DNA from: a virus
Lineage: Duplodnaviria > Heunggongvirae > Uroviricota > Caudoviricetes
Reading direction: 5' to 3' (one strand)
Virus record (IMG/VR): IMGVR_UViG_2923618136_000001
Length of the DNA: 64,000 nt
In this document: positions 35,554 through 45,059 of the stretch, one piece after another
Position numbering within the stretch: the first letter of the stretch is position 1
Layout of the letters: each line of letters starts with the position of its first letter
Made by a program: the position numbers and the translations under genes
The notes under the pieces: model-generated
Told to the model about the DNA's origin: nothing
What the model saw: only the letters and a program-made list of their open reading frames with translations
Databases searched by the model: none

Positions 35554-37236
35554 TCAGTTCTCGGCGCGGGCTTCCTGGATGGCGGAGACCATCGCGTCGT
35601 AGGTGCCGTCGTCGCCGTCAGCGGACTCCAGGACGTCGATGGCCGCCTGGACCTGCTCCGGGGTCGGCGGGGCGGCCGCGGTGACGATGTCACCGGTGAT
35701 GGCGCTGATGTCTCGCAGGACCTCTTCCACGGCGGTGATGCCGATCTGGGCGAACAGGCCCAGCATGTAGTTCCGGCGCGCGGCCGGGTCCTGCTGCTGC
35801 TCCTGCTGGGCGGCCTTGGTCTGCTTGGCCGGGTGAGTGATCGGCATCCCCTGCAGGATCTTCATCACCTTGTCGGCGTCCCGCTCCGTCAGGTCCCGGG
35901 TGGAGGTGATCGGGCGGCCGACCTTTTCCGTCAGCCACGCCGCCTTCGCCTCCTTGTTCGCGGCAGTGCTGCCCCTACCGGTGTGTGAGGTGATGCCGCG
36001 CTCGCCGATCGCGATGTTGAGCGGGGTCAGCCGCGCCTCCGACACCGGGACGTCTTCGGGATCGTCGACGATCTCGGCGTCCTCGATCTCGTCATCCGGA
36101 GGGATCACGACATCCTCGGCGGCGCGGCCGGCGGGGGCCTGCACGGTCGGAGCCTGCTCCGCGGGCGGCTCGGGGGCCTGGATCGTCGCGAGGAACGCCT
36201 CCAGCTCCTCAGCTGTGGCCTCCTCGATCTTCCGTCCTCGTGTGAAGTCCGTGAACGTGCGGTGCAGCGCGTCCATGTCGCCGCCCGCCCAGGCGGTGAC
36301 GACGTTCTTCCACGCCTCAGCGATCCGTTCGAGTTCCTTGACCCGTGCGCCTGCCGCCGCCTCGATCTGCTTGCCGGTGGTCGTCCACACGTCACGGTCG
36401 GCCTTGGCCTTCCGCCACAGCTCGATCACCGTGTCACGGGTCTGCGCGACACCGATCATCGCGATGTAGTCGGGCTGGTCGGACTTGGCCGACTCGATCG
36501 CGAGCCGGTCCTCGCCGTCCCCGGCGCCCAGCTCCGCGAGGGTGGGCGCGGCGGCCATGATGCGCGCCGCCGCCTGCCCGGAGGTCATGCCCCGGATCGA
36601 CGCCGAGACCTTGGTGTAGCGCTTGACCTTGCCCTTTTCGCGGCCCGTGCCGGGAACAAGCCAGATGGTGATCGGGACCGCCACCTTGTTGCCGAACATG
36701 CCAGCAACCATGTCGACGAAGCCCGGCAGCTCCGCCCCGGCGTTCGCCCCTTTGGTCTCCAGCAGCCACGTCCCGATGTCCTCGACCTCGCCCAGCCACA
36801 GGTTCATCCGCGTGTAGAGCTTGCACGCCTGGTCCTTCGGGAGGTCGGGGTTCTCCCAGAACCTCGGCCCCCACTGCGCCTTGCACACGCAGGGCCGGTT
36901 CAGGTTCTCCACGGTCTCGCCGTTGCAGCGGGCCTGCTTGCCGCCCCGCGACCACTTCTCGTACGCCTGGTCGAGAGGGTCACGGCCGGGCGGGAGGATC
37001 GCGTCGAGGGACGTCAGATCGGGGTTCATCAGCCGCCACTGCCTGCCGCCGTCGCCCTGCGGCTTCCACTGCTCGACGTCGCCGCCGTAGACGTCGGCCA
37101 GCCCTCGGATGGGCTGCTCGAACTCTGAGGTCGGGATGAAGAACTCCGACGCCTTCGGTCGCCCCTCGTAGGTGCCGAGGCGGATCCGGCCGATCGTGCG
37201 GAGCCTGTGCTGCATGCCTATGATGCGACCGCCCAT
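35554..37236 (-). CDS. large hypothetical protein, possible recombination partner of the adjacent nuclease
   Basis: ATGA-coupled to the PD-(D/E)XK nuclease gene. No motif confidently recognised. An acidic linker and a long C-terminal helical region are present. Confidence 0.4.
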   Translation of the reverse strand: MGGRIIGMQHRLRTIGRIRLGTYEGRPKASEFFIPTSEFEQPIRGLADVYGGDVEQWKPQGDGGRQWRLMNPDLTSLDAILPPGRDPLDQAYEKWSRGGKQARCNGETVENLNRPCVCKAQWGPRFWENPDLPKDQACKLYTRMNLWLGEVEDIGTWLLETKGANAGAELPGFVDMVAGMFGNKVAVPITIWLVPGTGREKGKVKRYTKVSASIRGMTSGQAAARIMAAAPTLAELGAGDGEDRLAIESAKSDQPDYIAMIGVAQTRDTVIELWRKAKADRDVWTTTGKQIEAAAGARVKELERIAEAWKNVVTAWAGGDMDALHRTFTDFTRGRKIEEATAEELEAFLATIQAPEPPAEQAPTVQAPAGRAAEDVVIPPDDEIEDAEIVDDPEDVPVSEARLTPLNIAIGERGITSHTGRGSTAANKEAKAAWLTEKVGRPITSTRDLTERDADKVMKILQGMPITHPAKQTKAAQQEQQQDPAARRNYMLGLFAQIGITAVEEVLRDISAITGDIVTAAAPPTPEQVQAAIDVLESADGDDGTYDAMVSAIQEARAEN

Positions 37237-38330
37237 CAGGCTGCTTCCTCTCTGGTCTCGTCGTCGAGGGTCAGGGGCTCGCCGATGACGTTCTTGGCGA
37301 GGCCGGTGTTGAACTCCGCGAGGCGGCGAACGATCTGGAACACCTCGTACATGTCGTCGCCGCACCTCGCGGGGTAGAGGTTGTAGCCCTCCGGGCGAAG
37401 GTGCAGGATCACGCCCACGTCGTGCCGGGGCGGCAGCTTGACGCGCTCGCCGTCACGGAGCCAGCCCCAGGGGGCCGCCCGGTAGGCGGCCATCTGCAGG
37501 CCGGCCGAGGCGTAGACGCCGTGCACGCTGCCGTCGTAGGTCGTGCCGTTCAGCGTGCCGCCGGTCTTGGTGTCACCGGGGAAGATGGTGTCTTCGGGCA
37601 CGCCGAGCTTCTTCGCGAGCGGCCGGGAGTAGAACAGGTAGTCGAGCGTCCCGGCGAACGGGTCGTCGTAGTTCGCGACGACCATCTCCGAGGCGTAGAA
37701 GTCGATCTCCCACTCCTCCACCCACTTGTTGAAGTGGGTGATGTACGGCGCGAGGTCTGGGTTGGCCAGCAGCCGGATCGGCGCGGGCTCACCGAGGACT
37801 TTGCACTCGATCAGCTTGTGCACCGCGGACCCGACGTCGGCGCGCTCGTCCTTGCGGCGGGTGGGTTCTTGCTTGAGCCACTTGATGAACTCGGCCCGGT
37901 CATCCTCGGTGCGGGAGGCCCGCAGCATGTCGGACACGTTGTCCATCGCGGTCTCGGCGACGACCTTGGCCGCCCAGAACGTCAGCGCCTCGTTGCTGGT
38001 GCCCTGGTTGAGGATCGTCGTCACCGACCGCAGCAGCACGCCGGTGGCGGGGTCCTTATAGAACCCGGCCTTGGAGCGGCGCGGGATCCGGGCGGTGAGG
38101 ATCGGCGCTCCGGAGCCGGTGCAGGGCAGCACGTCGCCCTTGTTCACCTTGTGCTTGCGGATCGTGCCGGTCTTGTTGACCTTCTGGATGGCCGAGCACT
38201 CCGGGCAGGGGTAGACCTCGGGGAACACTGCCAGGTCTTCGGCCTCGGGCCAGTCAGTGGCCTCGTCCAGGTCGCTGACAGCGGTGGCCTCGACCAGTTC
38301 CTCGATGGCGGGGGCTGCGAGTCGGCTCAC
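37236..38330 (-). CDS. PD-(D/E)XK-family nuclease (RecB/Cas4/YqaJ-like exonuclease) with N-terminal zinc ribbon
   Basis: Motifs VGSAVHKLIE, FAGTLDYL (D) and GDTKTG (D/ExK). N-terminal CPECS...HKVNKGDVLPC. Confidence 0.55.
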   Translation of the reverse strand: MSRLAAPAIEELVEATAVSDLDEATDWPEAEDLAVFPEVYPCPECSAIQKVNKTGTIRKHKVNKGDVLPCTGSGAPILTARIPRRSKAGFYKDPATGVLLRSVTTILNQGTSNEALTFWAAKVVAETAMDNVSDMLRASRTEDDRAEFIKWLKQEPTRRKDERADVGSAVHKLIECKVLGEPAPIRLLANPDLAPYITHFNKWVEEWEIDFYASEMVVANYDDPFAGTLDYLFYSRPLAKKLGVPEDTIFPGDTKTGGTLNGTTYDGSVHGVYASAGLQMAAYRAAPWGWLRDGERVKLPPRHDVGVILHLRPEGYNLYPARCGDDMYEVFQIVRRLAEFNTGLAKNVIGEPLTLDDETREEAA

Positions 38331-38680
38331 AGTCCACGCTCCAGGCGGTACATGGCCTCGGCGTACTCGCCGATGTCCGGGCCTCCCCGCCAGGGGACCG
38401 TCCGGGGCTCGTCGGCCTCGATGCTGGCCATCACGCCGAGCGCGGCGTTGATGAGGTTGTCGGCGTGCTCGTCCGCGTGGACGGGCGCATGCCCGTCCTC
38501 CTGGAGGAGATCAACGAGGAGTCCCCGCAGCGGAGCGAACGCCGGGCACGTGTAGTGCCGGGCGGCGCGCATGGCGACGATGGCCAGCTTCCGGTCATAC
38601 GGAAGCTTGTTGCTAGCGATGGTGCTAGCAAGAGCGGTCACGGTGTTCTTCTCCTTATCTGTGGTCGGTGGGTTGGTCAC
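38327..38680 (-). CDS. hypothetical protein
   Basis: 117 aa. Confidence 0.4.
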   Translation of the reverse strand: MTNPPTTDKEKNTVTALASTIASNKLPYDRKLAIVAMRAARHYTCPAFAPLRGLLVDLLQEDGHAPVHADEHADNLINAALGVMASIEADEPRTVPWRGGPDIGEYAEAMYRLERGL

Positions 38681-39093
38681 GAGACGGTTTGGGTGGACCG
38701 TCGACGCTGGGTGGGTATGTCGGCTTCGGTGAGCTCGGCCTTCGCCATGGCGATGCGTACAGCGAGGTCGGCGAGTTCGTTCCTGCTGTCCTGTATGGCC
38801 TGCTGGAGCTGGGCGAGCGTCTCTTCGGCCTCGGCGACCTGCCGGGGCACGAAGCTTTCCAGCAGGTACTCGGTCAGGAGTACCCGTGGGATGCGGTAGC
38901 TCCGCTTGCCGGTGGCGATGTAGCTGAGCCGGTTGTCCTGCAGGAGGTACAGGACGGTGCGGGCGGTCACTCCGAGCACCTTCGCGACCTGGTCGACGGT
39001 GAGCATCAGCTCGCCGGTCGGCTCGCGGGTGTCAATGAGGTCCGCGACGACCTGCTCCGGCGTTGTTGCCGTGTTTGCGCTGGTCATTGGCAC
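38677..39093 (-). CDS. excisionase-family HTH DNA-binding protein (first gene of the minus-strand operon; Cro-like position)
   Basis: HTH LTVDQVAKVLGVTARTVLYLLQDNRLSYIATGKRSYRIP followed by a coiled coil. Confidence 0.5.
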   Translation of the reverse strand: MPMTSANTATTPEQVVADLIDTREPTGELMLTVDQVAKVLGVTARTVLYLLQDNRLSYIATGKRSYRIPRVLLTEYLLESFVPRQVAEAEETLAQLQQAIQDSRNELADLAVRIAMAKAELTEADIPTQRRRSTQTVS

Positions 39094-39149
39094 CTCCCGA
39101 TTGCTTCGTGATCTTCACTTGAAGATCAACGCGACTTCAAGGACGACGT

Positions 39150-39244
39150 TACACGGTTGTTCGCGAAACTCAAGTCGTTTCGCGAAATTTCGCGAATCTT
39201 CGGACAATTACGTTCAGTAACCATCATTTCGCGAAAAGCGTGCC
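39150..39244. promoter_or_regulatory. divergent promoter/operator region with 4 perfect TTCGCGAA palindromes (plus one half-site)
   Basis: TTCGCGAA at 39150, 39169, 39179 and 39218; degenerate TTCGCGCA at 39237. The region is AT-rich relative to the genome. It lies between the divergently transcribed HTH genes at 39093(-) and 39325(+). Confidence 0.55.
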
Positions 39245-39324
39245 GTTTCGCGCACCAACTGGTACCGTTGCGCCGTGCCGCAAAAACCGAAGATCCCGAC
39301 AAGAACCGAAGGAAGTAGGTTGCC

Positions 39325-39819
39325 GTGCTGCCCTCGCCGCAAGACGACACCGCCCTACCGCCCGACGCCGCCCTTATCCAGCGACGACGCACCCAGCGGG
39401 GACTCGAAGGGCCTCTAACCGTCACCCGATGTGCTGAGATGCTCGCCACCTACACCACGAAGCCGTTCACCGACCGCACCTGGGCCAACTACGAGCAAGG
39501 CAAGAGACCCATCCCCGACCGAGAGTTCGTCCTCATGGGCCTCGTCGTCGGCGCGACCCCGGAAGACGCGGAAGCAGTCGGCCGGGCCGAGGCCGGCAAA
39601 CTCCTGCGACAAGAGATCGAACGCCGCCGCGCGCCTATCGTGAGCGGCGTACCCAAGGAAACGATCGAGCGGCTGGAACGGGCGGTCCAAGAGATCAACG
39701 CTCTGCCCTTCAGCGAAAAGCAGCGGAACGCGATGGTCGAGGTGCTCATGCGGAAGGTGAACCTCATGCTTGACCTCGACCGTCAACAGGTGGACATCAT
39801 GCGAGACGGAACGCCGTGA
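39325..39819 (+). CDS. XRE-family HTH regulator (candidate prophage repressor)
   Basis: GTG start with GGAAG RBS. HTH LTVTRCAEMLATYTTKPFTDRTWANYEQGKRPIP. Divergent from the early operon, with plus-strand moron genes downstream. Confidence 0.55.
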   Translation: MLPSPQDDTALPPDAALIQRRRTQRGLEGPLTVTRCAEMLATYTTKPFTDRTWANYEQGKRPIPDREFVLMGLVVGATPEDAEAVGRAEAGKLLRQEIERRRAPIVSGVPKETIERLERAVQEINALPFSEKQRNAMVEVLMRKVNLMLDLDRQQVDIMRDGTP

Positions 39820-40132
39820 CATTGCGGACACAGGATTCCGTGACATTACGGACACCATAAATTAGGCAAACTCCAAGGGATCGCCGGTCAACCAAACCCG
39901 TGTGTCTCGCGTCATGGCGCCGATATCAGGGCTTTTGTGTGCGCTTGCCGAAGGCGTGCGCTCACATGGCCAACATTAGCCATGACAGGTTTTAGTCATG
40001 ACATTTACTGGACGAACATGATTCGGACGCTTTACAACTAGTTGTCACGCAGTCCGTGACCATGGTCATGTCACGTCGGCGCACCCACGGGAAACGATTT
40101 CCCGACCACGACGATCTCCCTGGAGTACACGC

Positions 40133-40489
40133 ATGTCTAACCTCGGCCGCCTCCGTCTGCCCGCCGCCGCCCTGGCCCTGGCGATAATCCTGTCCGGAGC
40201 CACCGCGGCCTACGCCGACGAATCGACCGCCACCCCGATCCCCACCCCCACCATCGCCCCGACCCCCACCCCCACGCCGACCGACCCTGGCGTCACCAAG
40301 ACCGTGACCACCTCCACCCAGACCGTCACCAACCCTGACGGCAGCAAGGTGATCACGAAGACCCACATCACCACCGTCGTCACCGTCACCACCATCCCGG
40401 CGACGGAACCCACGCCCACGGCCACGCCGGGCACCTTCCCGCCCGTGAGCCCGCCCGTGAATGGCACCAACACCACGGGCGGCATGTAA
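40133..40489 (+). CDS. secreted Pro/Thr-rich small protein
   Basis: Signal peptide MSNLGRLRLPAAALALAIILSGATAAYA, PTPT repeats. Confidence 0.45.
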   Translation: MSNLGRLRLPAAALALAIILSGATAAYADESTATPIPTPTIAPTPTPTPTDPGVTKTVTTSTQTVTNPDGSKVITKTHITTVVTVTTIPATEPTPTATPGTFPPVSPPVNGTNTTGGM

Positions 40490-40572
40490 CACCCTCTACA
40501 CCAACCAACCCAGCCGAGGCGGTTCCATAGGGATCTCCTCAACCGGCACCACCCCCTCACAAGGATCTTTTC

Positions 40573-41502
40573 GTGCCCCTACAGGGAGACAGCCGTGAGC
40601 TGCACCTTTATGAATACCTAATCGACAACGGACCCACCTCTGCGGAAGACCTACAAGGCGTCGTGGAGGACCCAGAGCAAACTCTGGACTGGCTACGGGA
40701 GAACGGGTTCATCGTCGGTGACCCACCCCGCGCCCGGCGCCCACGTCACGCGCTGAGCGAGGCCCTGGCGGAGGCGGCCGACACCCTGGAACGCCTGACG
40801 CATCTCATGCAGAACCTGGACCAGCGCTACGAGTCCAGCGAGCACTACAGGAGCATGGGCGAAACCGTGTCCATCCTGACCAGCCGAGAGGAGGTCACGG
40901 ACACTTTCGACTACCTGCAGGGCACCGTCAGGCATGAGTGGATGCAGCTCATCACTGGACCGTTCCTCCCTCTCGCTGGACCCCTCCCTCCCGAGCAGAG
41001 CACCGTCCCCATCGGCGACCTCAACTGCCGGCGGCGAGTGGTCTACGAGAAGGAGGTCATGTCGAGCCCCTCCGTCATGGAGGGCCTGCGCAACACGATG
41101 CGGTGGGGAGGGGCACAGATCCGGTTCACTCCTCACCGGCTGCCGACGAAACTGCTCGTCGCGGATGATGTCGCGCTGACGCCGCTGGAGGAGCGGGGCG
41201 GCCTGCCCATGATGATGATCAAAGCTCCTCCGCTCGTCGCAGGCCAGATCGCCCGCTTCGAGGAGGAATGGGAGCGGGCGATCCCGTACAACGCCGACAT
41301 CGTCCGCGCACCTCAGGAGCTGGGCGTGCAGGACCGGCGGATCCTGCAGCAGGTCGTCGCTGGCGAAACCGACAATGCGATCGCCCGCCTGTGTGAGTGC
41401 TCCCCGCGGACCGTGGGCCGGTCCATTGCGCGGATGCGCGAGTTGGCAGGTGTCGGCACTCGGGGACAGCTCATTCATTTCGCGACGAAGAACTGGTTAT
41501 AG
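40573..41502 (+). CDS. LuxR-family transcriptional regulator
   Basis: C-terminal LuxR HTH: LGVQDRRILQQVVAGETDNAIARLCECSPRTVGRSIARMRELAGVGTRGQLIHFA. Confidence 0.6.
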   Translation: MPLQGDSRELHLYEYLIDNGPTSAEDLQGVVEDPEQTLDWLRENGFIVGDPPRARRPRHALSEALAEAADTLERLTHLMQNLDQRYESSEHYRSMGETVSILTSREEVTDTFDYLQGTVRHEWMQLITGPFLPLAGPLPPEQSTVPIGDLNCRRRVVYEKEVMSSPSVMEGLRNTMRWGGAQIRFTPHRLPTKLLVADDVALTPLEERGGLPMMMIKAPPLVAGQIARFEEEWERAIPYNADIVRAPQELGVQDRRILQQVVAGETDNAIARLCECSPRTVGRSIARMRELAGVGTRGQLIHFATKNWL

Positions 41503-41536
41503 CCGTGATTACCGTGTCCGTTACTGGGGGATTCCT

Positions 41537-41818
41537 ATGCTTCGCGCCGACCGCGCTTTTCTGACGTCCGTGTCCATCGCTGGGTTCTGCTGGATCGCGG
41601 CGGGGGTCGCCACCGGATGGGTCACCCTCAGCCTGGAACAGACCACGTATCCCGTGATCTACCTGCTGTGGCTGCACAGCATCGCGATCGTGGCGACCAT
41701 CAACGCCGTGGCGTTGGCCGCGCTGAGGGCCTTTCAGCGTCAGCTCCGTGAGCCCGATCAGGCGTACGCGCTCGGCCTGGAGCACGGCGTCGAGCTGGCC
41801 GGCTCGATAAACCGCTAG
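41537..41818 (+). CDS. small membrane protein
   Basis: ATG at 41537 with GGGGGA RBS. Two TM helices. Confidence 0.4.
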   Translation: MLRADRAFLTSVSIAGFCWIAAGVATGWVTLSLEQTTYPVIYLLWLHSIAIVATINAVALAALRAFQRQLREPDQAYALGLEHGVELAGSINR

Positions 41819-41858
41819 GTGCATCACCGCGCGGCACACGAAAATCGGTGAAAAGCAG

Positions 41859-41892
41859 GAAGCCCCGGCCGGTGGCCGGGGCTTCATTGTTG
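41859..41892. terminator. bidirectional intrinsic terminator hairpin between convergent genes
   Basis: GAAGCCCCGGCC-ggt-GGCCGGGGCTTC stem followed by cattgttg. Confidence 0.55.
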
Positions 41893-41909
41893 CGTCTGGG
41901 GGTGGGCCT

Positions 41910-42230
41910 CTACTGCGCCTGCTTCGCCAGCGTCTCGTCGATCAGCTTGCAGACGGCGTGGAGGGTGAGGCCTTCTCCTGCCGGGTCGGCTCCTTGGGTG
42001 ATCTTCACCATTTGGCGGCGCGTGACCAGGGACTTCTGGTCGCTGCCGGGCACCCCTTCGGGTGGGCCGGATGCGGCGACGAGGGCTTCGTGGAAGACCC
42101 TGGTGGGTTCCGTGATGGCCTCGTAGTAGGCGCGGGCCGCCTCCTCGAAGGCCTTCTCCGCGGCGGCTCTTTGCTCGGCAGGGGGGAGCCGCCCGGGGTT
42201 CGGCTTCTTCGGTTCCGTCATGAACATCAT
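41910..42230 (-). CDS. hypothetical protein
   Basis: 106 aa. Confidence 0.4.
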   Translation of the reverse strand: MMFMTEPKKPNPGRLPPAEQRAAAEKAFEEAARAYYEAITEPTRVFHEALVAASGPPEGVPGSDQKSLVTRRQMVKITQGADPAGEGLTLHAVCKLIDETLAKQAQ

Positions 42231-42988
42231 GATGCCATACCTCGTTTTGTTTTCGCTTCGACCTTTCGCGTTTTGCGTCGTTTGTCCGCCTTCACCAGGG
42301 CGGCTACATGATCCTCATACGCCTCATACGTCCACAGGCCGCCACAGCCGCCGACCTCCTCACGGCCGTCACACTCGATGTACCGCTCTCCCGAGACCCG
42401 GATCAGGGTCCGCATGTCGCAGTACGGGCACGGCCCGACGAGCTCCTGAACATGCACCGCCCACGGAGCAAGCGAGTGCGCCCACCTCCGCAACGCGCCA
42501 ATCTCACCAAGCATGTCGTCAATCCATGGCCTCGAGGTGGCCCAGTCGACATGGAGCAGCAGCCAGTGAGCGAGCTCGGCGACGTCGGATCGCTCCGGGT
42601 AGACCAATCCGCGGTGCTCGGAGATGAGCCACGCCCAGTTCTTGAGCGTCGACGGGATGGACGGCGGCCCGATCTGGTCGTCGTCGTCGCCGTGGATCGG
42701 CGCCGCCCCGTCATGCAGCATCGCCAGCACGTCCAGCCGGGTCGGCGTGCCGGCCTCCCGGGATCCGGACACCTTTTCGCCGCCACCCTGGCCCGGGGCC
42801 TTGTGCTGTTCGAGCCACCGCATGAGCAGCGGAGTGATGCTCAGGTCGCGCTGCAGTCTGGTCACGCAGCCCTTGCAGATGAGTCGGCCGTCGTCTGCTT
42901 GGCGGGGTTCACCGCCGCCGCCGCAGCGGGGGCCGATACACAGCGGGTTCGAGTTCTCGGGCAACGCCGTCCTTCCCGGTCGGAGCAT
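42227..42988 (-). CDS. hypothetical protein with zinc-ribbon motifs
   Basis: CIGPRCGGGG...CKGCVTRLQ and CPYCD...CDGREEVGGCGG. Confidence 0.4.
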   Translation of the reverse strand: MLRPGRTALPENSNPLCIGPRCGGGGEPRQADDGRLICKGCVTRLQRDLSITPLLMRWLEQHKAPGQGGGEKVSGSREAGTPTRLDVLAMLHDGAAPIHGDDDDQIGPPSIPSTLKNWAWLISEHRGLVYPERSDVAELAHWLLLHVDWATSRPWIDDMLGEIGALRRWAHSLAPWAVHVQELVGPCPYCDMRTLIRVSGERYIECDGREEVGGCGGLWTYEAYEDHVAALVKADKRRKTRKVEAKTKRGMAS

Positions 42989-42995
42989 GAGGGGA

Positions 42996-43031
42996 GACGC
43001 TAGCTGTACCGCGAGCGATACAGCTAGCGTC
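42996..43031. promoter_or_regulatory. long inverted repeat GACGCTAGCTGTA-cc-gcgagcga-TACAGCTAGCGTC immediately upstream of gene start 42988
   Basis: 13-bp perfect arms with GCTAGC near the outer ends. Could act as an operator or as a terminator hairpin for the upstream gene. Confidence 0.4.
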
Positions 43032-43037
43032 AACCGC

Positions 43038-43421
43038 CTACGGTACGTCCTCCCTGGTCGCGACCCCGTTTGCCGCAGCCATCGCCTCGTACGACGGGTA
43101 CAGCTCCGGCCAGTTGCCGCCCGGCTGCAGCGCGGACGCCGGGATACGACCATCGGACAGGGCGAGCCGCACGCCCAGGTGCTCGAACCCTTCGACGGCG
43201 AGCCACCCGGCGCACGCCAGGTCCTCTCCCGTCTTCGGGTCACCGACATGGCACCCGAACATCGGGGTGCCGGGCAGCGGCGGGATACCGGCCGCGTTCG
43301 GCCGGCACGTGGCGCGCAGCTCCTCGTATCTCTCGGCGGGGAACTTCCCTGGCTCGGCCGTCACCTGCCACGGGCACGGCCCGCAGGGGAACGTCCGGTG
43401 CGGCATTTCGTCGGTGCTCAC
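43038..43421 (-). CDS. hypothetical Cys-rich protein
   Basis: 127 aa. Confidence 0.4.
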   Translation of the reverse strand: MSTDEMPHRTFPCGPCPWQVTAEPGKFPAERYEELRATCRPNAAGIPPLPGTPMFGCHVGDPKTGEDLACAGWLAVEGFEHLGVRLALSDGRIPASALQPGGNWPELYPSYEAMAAANGVATREDVP

Positions 43422-43598
43422 TGTCGTGCTCCTAGTAGATGGAGATGAGGTAGTTGCGGCGGATGCGTTCGATGTCGTCGGCGTGCCGCTTCCTGTAGTG
43501 CTGCTCCATGCCGTTGTGCGGCCCTTCCGGGGTGATGCCGCGTTCGACGTGGCCGCAGTGGAAGAAGCAGTGCACGGCGATCACCTGGAACAGGCCGC

Positions 43599-43847
43599 TC
43601 ACTCTTCGTCCTCTCGCATGACCTGGATGAGACCGGCGACCTCTTCGCACTGGCGCTCCAGGGTGCGGCGCTCGCTGGGCGTCATCCCCTGCAGGAGCGC
43701 GCGGGCGTGCTCCGCGTCCTGGTTGCCGATGGCCATCAGGATCTCCGACTCGACGAACGGCGTGCCGTACCGCACCTGCTTGTCGCTCATACCGTGGCCT
43801 TCTTCCTCGTGTAGGCCAGGCACGTGCCCTTCGAGCACTTGGGCCAA
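43599..43847 (-). CDS. hypothetical protein
   Basis: Likely true start is the internal MSDKQVRYGTPF.... Overlaps the weaker ORF 43432..43650. Confidence 0.3.
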   Translation of the reverse strand: MAQVLEGHVPGLHEEEGHGMSDKQVRYGTPFVESEILMAIGNQDAEHARALLQGMTPSERRTLERQCEEVAGLIQVMREDEE

Positions 43848-44122
43848 GGTTCCTTCCCGACAGCCTTACGGAGAGCAGGAGCGATCGGCTTGAGGTACCA
43901 GCTCATCGCCTCCAGGAGCACCATCAGCGGCACACCGACCGGCCCGAAAGGCTCCCAGCCGTCGACCTCGACCATGACGCGCTTACGTTCGTCGCGGCAC
44001 GCGTCGCATAGCTCCAGCGGGTCGCAGGTCGTTATCAGCGACCACCGCTTGAGAATGCGGGGGGCGCGGTAGGCGGTACCCGCCGCGTACACCAGGAAGA
44101 TGACATCCCACTCAGTGATCAT
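43787..44122 (-). CDS. hypothetical protein
   Basis: MITEWDVIFLVYAAG... with an N-terminal hydrophobic segment. Confidence 0.4.
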   Translation of the reverse strand: MITEWDVIFLVYAAGTAYRAPRILKRWSLITTCDPLELCDACRDERKRVMVEVDGWEPFGPVGVPLMVLLEAMSWYLKPIAPALRKAVGKEPWPKCSKGTCLAYTRKKATV

Positions 44123-44630
44123 CGCGTTGCCTTTCTCGTGCCGGGCCGCTTCACCACGGCGACAGAGAGCCGCTCCACGGTGAACACCGCCCAGAAGCCC
44201 CCATCCAGGTCCGCGGTCAGGTCCACCTCGTAGACCGCACGACAGAACGGGCACACCGCCCGCGTGTTGGTGTCCGTGAACTCCCACGTCTCCGGTGCCA
44301 CGTCCGGGTAAATCCAGACGTTCCGGTCGCAGCACGGTGCCTTGCTGACGAGCGCACCGCTGCCCCGAGGGGCCGGTTCGGTCCACCGCTGAACACGCAG
44401 ACCCACCTGCAGCCCGCCCGGGGGAAGCGGGTGGCCCGCCAGGACCATCGGCGGCACGGCCGGCGCGGGGTCGGCGTCCTTCCTGCGGCGCCGCTCCACC
44501 ACGTCGTAGCCAGCACGGTCGAGCGCGGCCACCAGTTTGTCGGCCATGGTCAGCCGGTATTCGGTGCTGGTGGCGTGAGCGACGCCGGTATGGCGCAGCT
44601 CATCGGCCAGCACGGAGACCGCCCCGGTCA
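44119..44630 (-). CDS. hypothetical protein (CPFC zinc motif)
   Basis: ATG at 44630 with GGAGG RBS. The R-rich upstream part of the ORF was rejected. Confidence 0.4.
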
Positions 44631-45059
44631 GCATGGCTCGACCTCCGCCCATTCGATGTTGAAGCGGTCGACGAGCTTCTGGACGATGCCGAGAGCGACG
44701 CTCCGGTCCTCGGCCTCGTCGGCGTCCTCGATGTAGCTGTACTCCTGTCCGCCTTCGTTCTTGTCGAAGTCGTAATCGTCGGCGTATTCGACGGCGAACA
44801 GCTCCGGCCGGTAGGGCATGTGGTCCTGCCAGGTGCCTTCGTAGTGCTTGGCGTCCTTCTTGGCCTGGTCCAGGATCTCCTGGATCTTGACGCACGCCCG
44901 GTACAGGGTGAGGGGGTTCTCGTGCTCGCCATTGACGGTGGTGGCATCGACGTCTACCGTCTCGGCCAGCTCGGCGGGCTCGCCGGGCCGGACCAGCAGC
45001 AGCCCGACCACCTGGGCGATTTCGTCGCGGGTGATGTATCCGCTCGCGTCGCCGCTCAT
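44628..45059 (-). CDS. hypothetical acidic protein
   Basis: 143 aa. Confidence 0.45.
   Translation of the reverse strand: MSGDASGYITRDEIAQVVGLLLVRPGEPAELAETVDVDATTVNGEHENPLTLYRACVKIQEILDQAKKDAKHYEGTWQDHMPYRPELFAVEYADDYDFDKNEGGQEYSYIEDADEAEDRSVALGIVQKLVDRFNIEWAEVEPC

Noticed and set aside
42996-43031. Long CGCTAGC palindromes as classical rho-independent terminators
   Set aside because: Their stems are perfect but there is no downstream U-tract, and they sit immediately upstream of RBSs. They are annotated as regulatory palindromes, not confident terminators.
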